Positions 1-12,300 of a stretch of 35,437 bases of DNA are shown piece by piece. Each line of letters opens with the position of its first letter. Positions within the stretch are counted from its first letter, which is position 1. The position numbers and the translations under genes are program-made. This DNA is from Pelomyxa schiedti (taxonomy: Eukaryota; Protista; Evosea), in NCBI GenBank assembly GCA_020536535.1, contig JAHLWZ010000972.1, forward strand, positions 1 through 35,437, given 5' to 3'. The notes below the pieces were generated by a model that worked only from the letters and a program-made list of their open reading frames with translations, did no database searches and had not been told where the DNA came from.

Positions 1-358
1 GAGTACACAAAAATTGAACACACGTGATGTTCGAAGCTTCTTGCGAGGTTTCTGCATCTGTTGACTTAATGATTGGGGGGGTGTGCTTGGTGGCACCACA
101 TTTTGGTTCGGTATATTGGTCAAACAAGGTTTATTCCGGTCTACATTGGAAGGAGAAGAATGATGGTGGTGATTGCTGAAAAAACTGTCACTCGAATTTT
201 GAAGGTGAACAAGTTGAGGTGGGGCTGGAGGAAACACGAGGAAGGAGGAGGGGAGATGCCGGCAACGAGGGAGTAGGGGTGCGTGTCTGTTGCCTGGGCT
301 GGGGTATCGGCGGGGGTGATTTCTTGGGCGGGAGCGTAGACGTCGGTGGTACCTGCAT
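1..358 (-). CDS. Partial hypothetical Pro/Ser-rich protein (5' part; runs off the window start)
   Basis: ATG at 358 on the minus strand reads MQVPPTSTLPPKKSPPPIPQPRQQTRTPTPSLPASP. A second frame (SNHHHHSSPSNVDRNK...QQMQKPRKKLRTS) is open to the window edge, so an unresolved intron is needed. No recognisable domain. Confidence 0.35.
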
Positions 359-540
359 CGTTCGTGGAGTTGTTTAGCGTAATGTTAATTTAACGATTGA
401 ACGAAGATTTTCTGTGACACGGTGGGAAGTCCCATAGGGGCATTGTGAAAGGGCATAGGTTGGCCGTACAAAAACAACGGTGAAGTTCATGGCAGGTTTG
501 GGTCCCGCCTTTTTTTGAAATCAGTATCACGGGGTCCCGT

Positions 541-2291
541 TCAGGGGGAAGTCATTGGGAATACCGTGAACATAAGAAGAGGGGTGAGGCCTGTGTTGAC
601 TATGGTGACCGGAACACGTGGCACAACGAGGAACTCTTTGGCGCGTGGGTCAGACACATCTACTGTGTTGCCATTGAGTGTGCCTATGCCAATTTGAGAT
701 TGTGTGGTATTATAATGGTCTTATTTTGGTTTTTTCAACCTTTGCCAGACCAGCATATTCCTGCAAAAGGGCGAATATCTGCCTCACGTTTGAACGTTGC
801 CCCAGGTGCAACCTTGTTCAGTTGTCAACTTAGAAGGAAGCACTCGTTTGCATTTAAACCTCAAAAGCTTCCCCATAAAACACTCCAAAGAAAATCTGTA
901 TGCGGTTTCCCCAGGACCCATGTTCGAGGGATGTGACTTTGTGCTGGAACCTCTGTCTGAGTAAAACTTAGAAATAGGTACTAAAGCCCTCCTGAAATAC
1001 CGGAAATCTGGGGCAGTGCACAATTCCCAATTCAAGAGATGCTCCACAAACTAGAGAAATGTTTGTCACTCAATAATTTAAAACGACTTACTTCTGTTTC
1101 ATCTCTGAGTCCTTTAAGCTGACAAACTTCCCTTTCTGTCGCGAGTTGATCCTCTGGGATTCTGTTTCTAATAAGAAAATAGTATTTTAGAAAGATATAC
1201 TTTATCCCAAGCCTCCAACTGGCCAGGTTGGCATCATCCTGGGGCCTTTGAATTTCAAAAGTGGTCCAAGGACCGGGGGCATGCAGTATTCCTGCATATG
1301 GTTAGGCAAGCAGAAGAAGACTCGTACCAGGTGGAAGAGTCCACGCATCATACGCATTGATTTGATAATCCTCTAGTAAGGGGTAACATGAATCATCTCG
1401 GCCGAACCTTTTCAAGGCGGCGATAAGCTGCTCCTTACTAACCCCTATTTATTATTTAGCAGAATGCGATCCACATAGTTAGCAATACCTGGTTTTAAGC
1501 CTAACCTTGTTATCGCTGACACATTCTGGAGATTGTAGGGCGGAACTGAGAGCGGAGGGAAAAAGTAAGCTTCCAATTTCCCTGGGCCAAGTAGCTCGAC
1601 TCCACCGTCCGTCTTTCGCCTCACAACACCGCTGTGGGTGTGACAGGGAATGCCAGGCACTTCAGGCTTATCTGAGCACAAGCTTGTTAGACTATATGTT
1701 TCGAAGTTCGAGAGTTGTACCAGGTGCAAAGGACGGTGAAACTGGCTTCCCGCCAATATCCAGAATCTTAGTAAGTGGCCACAATGCACGATATGCGCCC
1801 AGCAACTCATTCTCAGCCACTGTAACAGCATCAAGAAATCCCACCGAGCAAATGGCTGTTCCCGGGAGGATCAACCCTTAGCCCATCGTTAGTTCAATTT
1901 GGAAGGGCGGATAGATCATAAGCACAACGACGCAGGACGCACTTGATATTCCCTCGCCGTCCTTTGGCTTGGCGTTGAGTGCGTGTGTGAGGGACATTAT
2001 CCACCACCTGTTCATTCTTAATATACTACATCACTATGTGTTAGCACGAGCACACTCCACAGCAAAGTAGCCCCGATCATCAGTCTCAGTGTCGTTGTTT
2101 CCTTGCACTATGTTCCTAAAGGTGTTAACCAATACAAATCATCAACAAACAAAATGACACGATAAGTTGTACCTTCCGCAGTACATTGGCCTGTGCACGA
2201 TGGCCGGAGCAGCAAACACCACACCCCCTTGGTTCTGCAACGTAGACACTATACATGCCCTCGTCACGGCTTCAGCGAGGCGGCGTTGCAT
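541..2291 (-). CDS. Phosphomannose-isomerase (class I)-like cupin protein, bacterial-type, 11 introns
   Basis: Manual GT-AG splicing gives one continuous frame: MQRRLAEAVTR...QGGVVFAAPAIVHRP...VEWWIMSLTHALN...DGEGIS...WPLTKILDIGG...IPCHTHSG...GKLEAYFFPP...AWTLPPGILHAPGPWTTFEIQRPQDD...GICWSGKGTLNG...MFTVFPMTSP*. The HxH, KxE and PGxLHA...EIQ motifs match the PMI-type cupin metal site. Confidence 0.72.
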
Positions 2292-2464
2292 CTTCGGTTT
2301 CCTTTTTGTTCTTTTTCCTTAGACTCTTTCAGAATCCAAGTGGTGGGTCCAATTCGGGTGAAGCAGTACGCAGTTGGACACTAAGTAGAAAGAACTGCTC
2401 TGTTGGGAGAGAGGAGAGAATGAAAACCAGTCATCAATTCCAAACAAACTAATAAAGTGCGTAT

Positions 2465-4022
2465 ATGTCAGACAACCGTGCGCCATTCGTAATGCCGGCT
2501 CCCCCGCGTCAGACACAATTTGTTCAACAATATCCGTTGCAATCGAACAAAGTGTTGCTATCACCGTCACCTCCCAGATCGACGGACATGGCTCCCGACA
2601 CCCGGGGCGGCACTGAGGCACAAGTGGCGCCTATACCGGTCCAATTTGCGTTGCAGTTGCCCCAAAAGTACAAACAACACATTGACGTCGTGGCGAAGTT
2701 ACTCGGACCCATATTTGTGATACACTATGGAGTGGAACCTGGCATCCCCACCGAGTGTTGTTTCAAGTCTCGGTACTCCGAAGAAAGCTACGAGATTATC
2801 AAGGTGGCACAGGTTGAGCCTGGCGTGACGACGTATGTGCAGCTGTGTGATGGGTTCCTGGTGCTGCAATGTCGAAAATCATCTAGTACCATCATTCTCT
2901 CCATATATCTCGTGCCCACATTACATTAGGTCCTGTGCGTCTTATAAGACTCATCCTTCCCCCTCCAAAAAAAAGCGATCCATGCTATTCGTTACTCTTA
3001 TTTCAGTGGTCGAATAATCAATTCCTTCACCTAGGGGTTGTGTACAGTATGCAAACAAAATCTTGTAGTAGCCTGTTAAAGTACAGTTAGACTTACCCAA
3101 ATCACTTATACAATCAACTCCTGCACTTGGCACCAACTCAATACTGCGTGTTCCTCCGCAATCTACCTCAAAGTCTGTTCCTCTGATGCAAAGTGTTGTA
3201 ACCATCTACACCCCTGACAGTGCATGGTTCACCATGGCTAGAAGTTCACCAACAGTTGAGTGGAACTGTGTCATACAATTCTTGAAACAGACGTTCCATG
3301 TAGACATATCCTCCTGGTCCGAACTCATGGGTACTCATCACAAACACCTTAATTGTGCCAACATCTAACTAAAAATCATATGACAGTTTCTGATCAAGGC
3401 ACTCACATAACTCAGCCTCGTTGGCTGCAACTGTGCTCTTTTCTTTCTTCCCCAATTTGTGAAACGCTTGAAGTATTGCAGGCAACTATAGACGACATCG
3501 CATCTCCGTGAGATTTTCCCCCTTTTTCCCTTCTGTTCCCAAAAAACTCACTATTTTCTAGGTACAATTTCGGGTTTATTGGACGAATTTTTTGCGAACA
3601 GATTCTCTCCAAAAAGCAAGTCAGAGCATTTCTCATTCGATTCAGTGACTCGACCCCTGGAATGTGCGCCGGCTCTCTGAATACAGGGCAGGTATTTCCC
3701 GGAAAGTATCTTCCCTAGGTTTTTGAAAGACTTGTAGGGTATCTACCACCTAAGAATTTTCAGACGCTGGCCCGATGAGCATGCCACATATGTGGACAGT
3801 GGGGGTTAGTAAAACAAGAAGCATCCCTGAACTCACTGAATAACAATAGGATCACTCAAGTACACTCCAGTAAGAAGTTGTCAACCGTGCTGGTATGTTG
3901 TTCAAAAGGAGAATGAAAAACCAACCGGACTTTCCGCACCAACACTCAGAGCGCTCGTGGAAGCAACCATTACACAATTCCTTAATGTATGGTTACTATC
4001 CAGAGCAGATGCACAGGAATAA
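2465..4022 (+). CDS. SH2-domain protein with STAT-like layout (spliced, 7 introns)
   Basis: Introns 2886-2929, 3047-3086, 3148 (or 3193)-3220, 3331-3386, 3508-3561, 3692-3737 and 3805-3849 join into one frame ending YNFGFIGRIFCEQILSKKQVRAFLIRFSDSTPGMCAGSLNTGQGIYHLRIF...APTLRALVE...DAQE*. FLIRFSDS is the SH2 FLVRES-type signature. Confidence 0.7.
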
Positions 4023-4096
4023 GACTTGTTTAAAATTTGTACAAAAAAATGATTTCCTGTCCGTCCGTTCGTAGCGCAAAAAATAAACATTGATAA

Positions 4097-6091
4097 ATGG
4101 GGTCGGTACTGGAAACCCCAAGCACCACAGCCGCCGTCCCTGTTCCCGTCCCCGTGCCGATCACAACCCTGCCCCGTGATGATCCCATACCCATCAATAC
4201 CGACCCCTGGGCCAACGAGAGGGAGCACTACCTCAAAGCCCTGATCGCTTGCTGCGTAGCTGGCGACCTAGAGGGCACGCAAGCCTTTCTGACGCGCCTG
4301 CACCAAGACGGCGGCGACGGGCAAGGCTGGGCGCTGGACGGCAGGGAGGTCGTTAGGGTGTTGAGTGCCACCGTCGCGTCCTGCTACAACACCATGACGT
4401 TCGCCGGCGCCTCGGGTGTCCAGAGGAACGACGCGCAGGACGCGCTGGTCAGGGTCACCGAGAAACAGTGGCTCGGCCGAGCCAACCCAGAATACCGGGA
4501 CGGCTACTGCCGGTGGGCCCAGTGCGTGGCAGCGGTGTTCCGGTGCCTGGGCGACGGCGCGAAGGATCGTGTGCGGCTCGAGGGCGAGAACGAGATGATG
4601 ATCAGGGCGGTGAGGAACAACATGTGGTGCCCACAGTGCGTGTGTGCGTTGGTCAATGGGTCCGATGGATACAGGGCCCTGCGTCTCAGCTTGGAGTGTA
4701 TTAATATGTATTGTGCGGTTGCTGTGCATATGGAGACGCTGGGTTACGTGGCGGAGTCGAGATCGGTGCTCCGCTTCTTGTTCAACCACTCTCGTACCGT
4801 GTTTTACCCTGTGCTCACTCGGTTGCTTGGTTTGGGTAATGTTAAGTGCTGCGTTGATTTTGCTCGCAGGTCTGGGAGCTTGTCTCATCTTCCTCCACTT
4901 CCCGCGGACGTTTCCTCATCTAACCTGCTGGTAGCGGCAGTGTCATCGAATTCTCCTGAGGTTGTATTATGGATATTGAAACTTTTTACACCCAGCAGCC
5001 TACGCGATCTGGATCCATCTGGGAAATCGGTTGAAGCTGCCTGTTTATGTATGAATACTGAGTGCCTTTCTCTATTGTTATCCTTGGGAGCTGACAAGAA
5101 TTCCGCAGGAGCCCGGAGGGGATTTTCGCACATACTGACTGGCCAGGTGAGGTCTCCGCATGTTGCATCTGAATTTCTCTGCTTTCTGTTGGAGAACGGC
5201 GTCTGTCTCGATGATCCGCTCCCACACGAGCACCTTACCCCTCTTAGGGTTTGTTGTTCGACAGGGAAAGAAGAAATGGTTAGACTTCTTGTTGACCACA
5301 GGGCTTCAGTGAAGGAAGACGACGTAGTTCTGTGGCTCAGCACATCGAATTGTCATACAACTATGGCCTATCTATGCAAAAACCTCAGTACTAAGCTGAA
5401 ACCTGAAGCTCTGAATCAGGCTCTTCTCCTTAACCGCTCCGATGCATTCATGGATGTATTAATAGCGCACACCGCTGACCTAAATTCTTCTGTCACTGCC
5501 CTTCCAAATACTCCAATGTATCCACTTGAGCTGGCCCTGCACCAACACCGAGTACGAGCGTGTCATACATTACTCAAGGCCGGAGCGCAGATTCCGCTTG
5601 CATCCTCCTCGAGCGATTGGTTTATTTCTGCATTCGAAAAGTGGGTCCCTTCTTACCCGGTCACAGAGGAAGCGCTCGCGCTCCTTGACTTCTTGTTATA
5701 TATGCGACCAGATATAGCAAGCAGGGCCTATCCTACACTCGACGTAATTGGGGGATTACTTGAATACAGTGCCCGAGTTACAAACCCGGCAATGATGAAA
5801 GTAGTGCTGAAACACACTTCCTCCGGGTCAGCGACTGCACTCGTGATAGTGACTGCCAAGTGTCTACAAAATTGCCGCATACCTAAGCTTTGTACACACA
5901 TATATATGTCCGAAATACTTGTAAGGAAAGGTGGAGCAGACCCAAATGCGGCATTGAGCTTAATTTCTACCGCAATGTCATATACATACGCAAGGTGTTA
6001 TCACTCAACAGACATGACTTGTAACCACTGTCAATGCCTGATCGTGTATTCTAGCATCAAGGTTGAACTTTCCTCTCAAAATCACAAATAA
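4097..6091 (+). CDS. Degenerate ankyrin-repeat protein, 664 aa, intronless
   Basis: Uninterrupted ORF with ankyrin-like units (LTPLRVCCSTGKEEMVRLLVDHRASV; YPLELALHQHRVRACHTLLKAGAQI; ILVRKGGADPN). Confidence 0.8.
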   Translation: MGSVLETPSTTAAVPVPVPVPITTLPRDDPIPINTDPWANEREHYLKALIACCVAGDLEGTQAFLTRLHQDGGDGQGWALDGREVVRVLSATVASCYNTMTFAGASGVQRNDAQDALVRVTEKQWLGRANPEYRDGYCRWAQCVAAVFRCLGDGAKDRVRLEGENEMMIRAVRNNMWCPQCVCALVNGSDGYRALRLSLECINMYCAVAVHMETLGYVAESRSVLRFLFNHSRTVFYPVLTRLLGLGNVKCCVDFARRSGSLSHLPPLPADVSSSNLLVAAVSSNSPEVVLWILKLFTPSSLRDLDPSGKSVEAACLCMNTECLSLLLSLGADKNSAGARRGFSHILTGQVRSPHVASEFLCFLLENGVCLDDPLPHEHLTPLRVCCSTGKEEMVRLLVDHRASVKEDDVVLWLSTSNCHTTMAYLCKNLSTKLKPEALNQALLLNRSDAFMDVLIAHTADLNSSVTALPNTPMYPLELALHQHRVRACHTLLKAGAQIPLASSSSDWFISAFEKWVPSYPVTEEALALLDFLLYMRPDIASRAYPTLDVIGGLLEYSARVTNPAMMKVVLKHTSSGSATALVIVTAKCLQNCRIPKLCTHIYMSEILVRKGGADPNAALSLISTAMSYTYARCYHSTDMTCNHCQCLIVYSSIKVELSSQNHK

Positions 6092-6327
6092 CATACCCAA
6101 ACAGACACTGGAATTCTACCCGCGAGCATGGGCATTCCTACTGTGCACGCATCCCCGCTGTGGCGCACACAGCCTCTGGCTATCGTTACTCCCCCACTGC
6201 CAGAGGGAAATCCTCCTCTACCTGTGGCCCGTTCAAGGATCTAGTAAATCCCGCCCTTGATCGAAAGTACTTTTTTCGTGTAACACCCAAAAACATTTCT
6301 CTCACGACTGTCGTGCGGGTGCCGGGG

Positions 6328-9300
6328 ATGTCTGGGGCCACCACCACTCGCACAGAACAACCCGATGACAACAACACGGCGGACAGTGCGCAGCCCCGCG
6401 AGGCCATAGCAACTACTGCTACTACTAGTAGTGAGGGAGCGACGGAGGGGCACGAGGAACAAGGGGCACCGTGCATGAAGGACCACGCGGGGGGCTCCGA
6501 TAGCGGGGACGTGGGAGGTACAGAGGAGAGGAGAAGGGAGACAGAGAGGGGCGGGGGCGGGGAGGGGGACGGGACAGCGTGGGCGGGGCTGCGGCCAGGG
6601 TCACTGAGGGTGAGGGTCACAGTGTCCGTTCCGGGGTCCGCGCTGGCCCTCCCTCGTAGAAGCTCCAGGGTAGTATCGGCACCAGGTTGGTGGGGATAAG
6701 GGTGGTGGGGGGTTCCCTCCTCGTTATTGGCTTCTTACCTCCTTGTTGTTTTGCTTTTATTTGCATTTGACCAGTGGTTGTCAATCACTCAATGGCGGAG
6801 GGTGTTACTGAGGAAGTGGAAGTTGTTGCTGACGAGAAAACAACTATTTTGAACTTTATATTCCTGGCACTTTTCAAGCACACCCTCTGGGAGATTCTTG
6901 CAAAGGATGTCCACATGTAAAAATCCTCACTGACAACAAAAGTTACAATCTCCCGAAGAGAAAAACAATCACAGGTATAGGCTGTTCCTCACAACTAGTG
7001 ATGGACTCTGTATACAACTGGATAACAGAAATTTAATTGGTTCCTATCACATCTCATCAAAGGTACAATTCCTTATTTGCAACACTAACCATCACTAGGA
7101 TAAATTGAAAGTTGCCCCCGGAGATTTGCTCTCACCAGTCCAAAATAGGGAAGTAATGCCACAGACCTTATCAAAAGCATTCCTCCCAATTTCTGTTCTC
7201 CGGCATCAATCAGAGGCATTCAACTAGAAACTACTTTTTTATGCGGTCTCACATGCTATTCAGGACCTTATGCTCCCTGCCCTTTGCCGTTTTGAACCCC
7301 AATTCAAAAATTATCACATTACAGATGCCCTGGCCTTGCACGAGGTACCTTCCATAATTTGTAATATCCACAAGCGCTTACTTTCTGATAGGTTCCTCAC
7401 AACATTCTTCATGTCAATTACCATAATGATATCCTCCAAGACAATAGCTCTCCAGTTTCAAATGGGCCAATTTCCGAGCTAGCTGAAGTGTGCCTTTTTC
7501 CCCTTCAGTGATTTCATAACGGAGGAATATCTAGGGATTTGTTTCTGTTTTGTCAACTCCTGCTCCAAAAACCTTTATGCCTACACCCTTCCGCGTTGGA
7601 GTGCTGATGTATCAACAGCGGGAATATAAAACCCTCCTATTTGATCCCGCAACTTCAGCCAGTTAGTTGTTTTTTCCTGATTGAAAATAACCCCTCTACA
7701 GGAGATGTGCTGGTCTTTTTGTGGCAGAGTGCCTGTATTTTTGGTAGGAAGTCTCCCTTACCATCAGATCTTCCTTTGTCCAGCAGCCGTCCACCCGTAT
7801 CACCTTCGCCATCACAAGAAATACCATCTGAAGGCACGGATTCCCCACACTGGTCACAATTCACTTTAACTTTGGTGAGTGGGAGAACTGGAGATAGTCG
7901 TATTTTATCACATGACACTCTACTGGCCACTGTTTTATCACAAATCTCCAGTGATTCTTCTCAATGGATTCAAGTTGAGCAAGTAGTAATTCTGTCTACA
8001 CTAATACGACCCAGGAAACCATTGTCTTCAGCGAAAAACAAACTAAGGAGGTTGATGCACTTCGTCCAAGCACTGTATCACGGCAGACCGAACATGTACC
8101 ATCATATGCTCCACTTGCTTCTTGCATAAGTATATTCGACTTCGACCCCCACTTTCATATTTTACATAAATTTTGTATTTTGAAGTTCTCATTCCCGCAA
8201 CTGGCGCCTATTTGAGAAAGAAGTTTCGTTCTGAGACACTGGTTGCAGAGTTGTTGAATTTTGCCGTAACTAACTCGAAGCGAGACTGTCCCTCTGTATG
8301 CAATAAAATGGCCGTGCTTCCGACCAAACACCACCAAACAGGGGACCGATTCATGGGCACTCGTTCTATGCGATGATGCCTTTTCCTTCATGGATACAGC
8401 TAAGTGCATCGGGGAATACCTAAAGCCTCAAGTACAACTTAACCACCAAACAAATCCATCCTGGAAAATTCTCCAATAGAGCGACGTTTTGGTTGTGGAA
8501 CTGAGGGCAAAGCCTTCTCAGCGGAGCATGATCCTTGTGGAGGGCCTCCACTTTACTTCCTTGATTCACGTTGGCAATAGTGAAACTTCACAAAGCAATT
8601 CAACTGTTAGTACCAACGTACCGGCATGGTTTATACTATTAAGTGGCCCAGGAACACTTGTAAAACAAACTCAAGATATTGTATACTTCCTCTTTCATGT
8701 TTGGGCCTTCTCTGACTTCAAACGAAAGGCATCAGAGATCGTGGGGCATGAGCTTTCACTTTTGTGTAGTGATTATGCATCTCCATCATCTGGGGCACTC
8801 ACTCTAACTCCGTGTGATCCGATGAGGTCAATGCTTTCCTACAGGTTTGACTCTGAGGTATGCTTCTCTTTTTCTTTTTCAATTTAAGTGTTTTTTTTTT
8901 TTTTTTTGCAGATAGTTTACTCTAATTCGATGTCATCTGCGTCGGGGACTGTATCTCAAGTTGCCTTCCAGCCACACCTGCTCTCAGGAGAGGAAATACA
9001 ATTCAAGGTTTATTAAGTAGTTCCCTTTTTTTCCTAAGGAGATTGTGCAGTGTGATTCGGTTATTTTTGGGGAATCCAAAGAAGCTGGGAACCTATTCAT
9101 CACCAATTTTTGTATTATACTATTCTATGTATGGATCGCTTACTGACAATTCTCAATTCTTACCGTCAATAGAAAAACGGAGACCATACTGAAATCCCCC
9201 TTACAGCAGTTTCTGCGCTCATGGTAAAAGGCAATGGAATTCTAATTTGCACCAAAGATATCAGGTTGCCTATTCTTCATCTTTTTTTCTCTTATTTCCC

Positions 9301-12300
9301 TACTCCAATTAGGTCAATTGAAATCACTGTTAGAGACTTGTCCCATCATCGTGATATTATAAGTATTTTGACCGGAAAACATCCTGTCATTAAGTCGCTT
9401 TCGTGGTGCTACCCCAGTTCCCCGCGCATGTGCTTCGCGTTTTATAGTACTGAGTGCATTGATGGCCATTTATGGAATATATACTCAGTATCGGCAGAAT
9501 TTGCGAGATTAGGGTATTTCTACACTTTCAAATGCTAAAAGCGATCTCCTTTTCAGGTTTTGTCCGTTTGAATGGCGGATCTGCACTTTGAATAGCAGCT
9601 ATAGTCTCTGTAGCACTTATCCAAAACAGTTTATTGTTCCATCAGGGATAAATGATGATGAACTAAAAAAAGTGGCCGCATTTCGGTCTAAAGCAAGGTA
9701 ATTTGTTCTCTTCTTACGAAAGAAACATGATTTACACAATATATTCGACAGGATTCCTGTTGTGTGCTGGATAAATTCTGTCACAGGTGCAACTTTGTCA
9801 AGAAGTGCACAGGTCCATTTACAAATCAGTTCCGAAATTCTCACACCAAACAAGTAGCCCATTATCGGCCTCTTTTCCAAGAAATGCAACGAAGACCAAA
9901 AGTTACTCCATGAGCTGCTTCAACTTAATTATATCTTTCAACAGAGTAAAGGTTTCATTTTTCCTTTGACCATTAATTCAAGCCAAGGTGGTGGCGATCA
10001 CAAACTGCATGTAATGGACGCTAGAGCTAACATCGCGGCAGCCGCCAATTCCCTCTCCGGTACCTTCCCGAAAACATGTAATTGATTGCCTGTTTGCACC
10101 AACCAACACTGCAGGGAAAGGAGGCACTGAAGGAGCAGATTCATATCCCTTTTGTTCGTTCACATTCTTGGGCATTGGGAACATTCATGCCCTGAGAGAT
10201 AGCTTTTATAAATTGTGCAATTTATGCGTTACATCCACGCACTCTGCCTTGCAAACACCCAATTGGCTTGCAGCACTGCATCAGACTCAGTGGCTTCACC
10301 ATGTTCACAAGGTAGCGATAATGCAGATAATTACTGGTTCTAACGGCAATCTGCTAGGTACTCAGCTCTGCAGTCCTTATAGCAGACCACGTAAGAAAAG
10401 GAAAATCAGTTCTTACACATTGCAGGTTTTTTCTATTTCACTCTTCATTTCCTTCCTTTCTCACTATCATACAGTGATGGATGGGACAGAACAGCTCAGC
10501 TTGTTTCTCTAGCCCAAATTATGCTTGACCCGTATTTCAGTAAGCAAATGTCTTACTGTAATCTCTAACAGAAATTAGGGACGTTAAGGGGGTTTTGCAT
10601 ACTTATTGAAAAAGAGTGGATATGTGCCGGTCACAAGTACTTTGCACTTTTTTCAGAGGAATTCAATTTAACTACTGAACAGATTTATGGACCGCACAGC
10701 ATTCGGTAAAGAACTTCCCATTGGTGGGGAAACCAGCAAAGATTACCACGAGTTTTCGCCCGTTTTCCATTTGTACGTGCTGCCCTCCGCTCCAATTTGC
10801 ATCCATTTAATTCTATAACCACTACCCATAATCAACAAGGTTTCTCGATTGCGTGTGGCAAATAACCCAGCAGTTCCCCACAGCGTTCGAGTTCAACGGG
10901 AGCCTTCTTATCCTACTCAGTGACAGTGCTTACTCGTGCCGCTTTGGTACCTGCCAATCCACCTACAATTCACCACTCACACTCTCTCACAGGTAACTTC
11001 CTGTTCAACAATGACAAGGACAGACAGGAGGCAGCGGCCAGCCGTCCGGGTCCCCACTCCCTCCCCTCAATATGGGCCCACGTAACAGCCCATGGGCAGG
11101 ACTACACGAATGGGCAGTACCAGCGGCCCCATCCGCACAGCACTACCCCCCTCGTGCTCCTCCCCAGCGCTTCCCCTCTCGTCCTGCACCTGTGGCCCGA
11201 CTACTACCTGCGCTGGCACAACGACGTCGGCGGGTTCCTCAGGCTCCCTTCCCACAGGCTCTCCCCTACAAGCCAATCCCCTGTGTACTCCACCGACTGA
11301 CATGCCGCGGTAGTGCACCGACACTGGGAGTCATTCCGTCAGCGAAGTGGCGGTGAATCTCATTACGGGAAGCATAACATAAACTAGAAACTGTGTAAGT
11401 GATGCGAGCCACGACACCGACGCCCCTGTCATTCGCGGGTAAGGGAAGGACGTCGCAACAACACGTTCTTCTACTCGACGAATCCGCGGATGACAGCCCA
11501 CAACTGCGCCGCAACGCGTCGACCTCCACGTCGCCCTCCCCCATTCCTCCGCAACAACAACAACAACAACCGCAACCGCAACCGCAGCCGCAACCACAAC
11601 AAACACCCGACAGTGCGACAACAACCACTACGACTACAACCAGTACAACTACGGCGACATCTGGCGGCGGGGTGGCCTGTCAACAGGCGAATGGTGTTGG
11701 TGGTGGTGGTGGTGGTGAGGCATCAGAGGGGTCGTCGTCGTGCGGGGGTACGAGGCACAAGGGGTCTGGGTCCCCTCCTATCCCTCAGAGAGATGATTAC
11801 TTCTCGGAGAGCGACGTTGATACTGACTCCAGCTCAAGCCATGTGAATAGGCGCAGCCACGGGCGCACGGCACACCACAGGTTGGAGGATTATGATGACA
11901 CCGAGACTGATAGGTCACGTTGCAAGAACCAACCTGATGTTGTGGTTGTGGTCATTCCTTCCACATCCCCACCTCCGCATATGCCCACAGTGAGTGCCTC
12001 TACTGCTGCAGCCATTGCTTCCACCGTTACCCTTGCCCCCCCTCCATCTGTTGTCCCAGGTGGAAGACCCCGTTCCAGTGGCAGCCCGCGACCTATCTCG
12101 GGACTTCCCGCTGTGCCTTCCCAGACCCCTAGTGTTACACCACCGCCTTCCCCAACTCACACGTACTCGCAACCGCCATCAACCTCCCCAAAGCCCACTA
12201 TGCAACCGGCAACAGCCACACAGATCCCATCGCTACCCACTCTAATTTCGGCCGCCTCTGACGGTGCGGCAGCGGTTGAAAGTGCTATGGAAGCTATGGT

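Noticed and set aside
2951-3205. Minus-strand 84-aa ORF as an independent gene
   Set aside because: It lies antisense to exons of the plus-strand SH2 gene, which splices cleanly through this region.
4023-6327. Transposon or retro-element boundaries around the intronless ankyrin gene
   Set aside because: No terminal repeats, target-site duplication, poly-A remnant or transposase/RT motifs could be seen.
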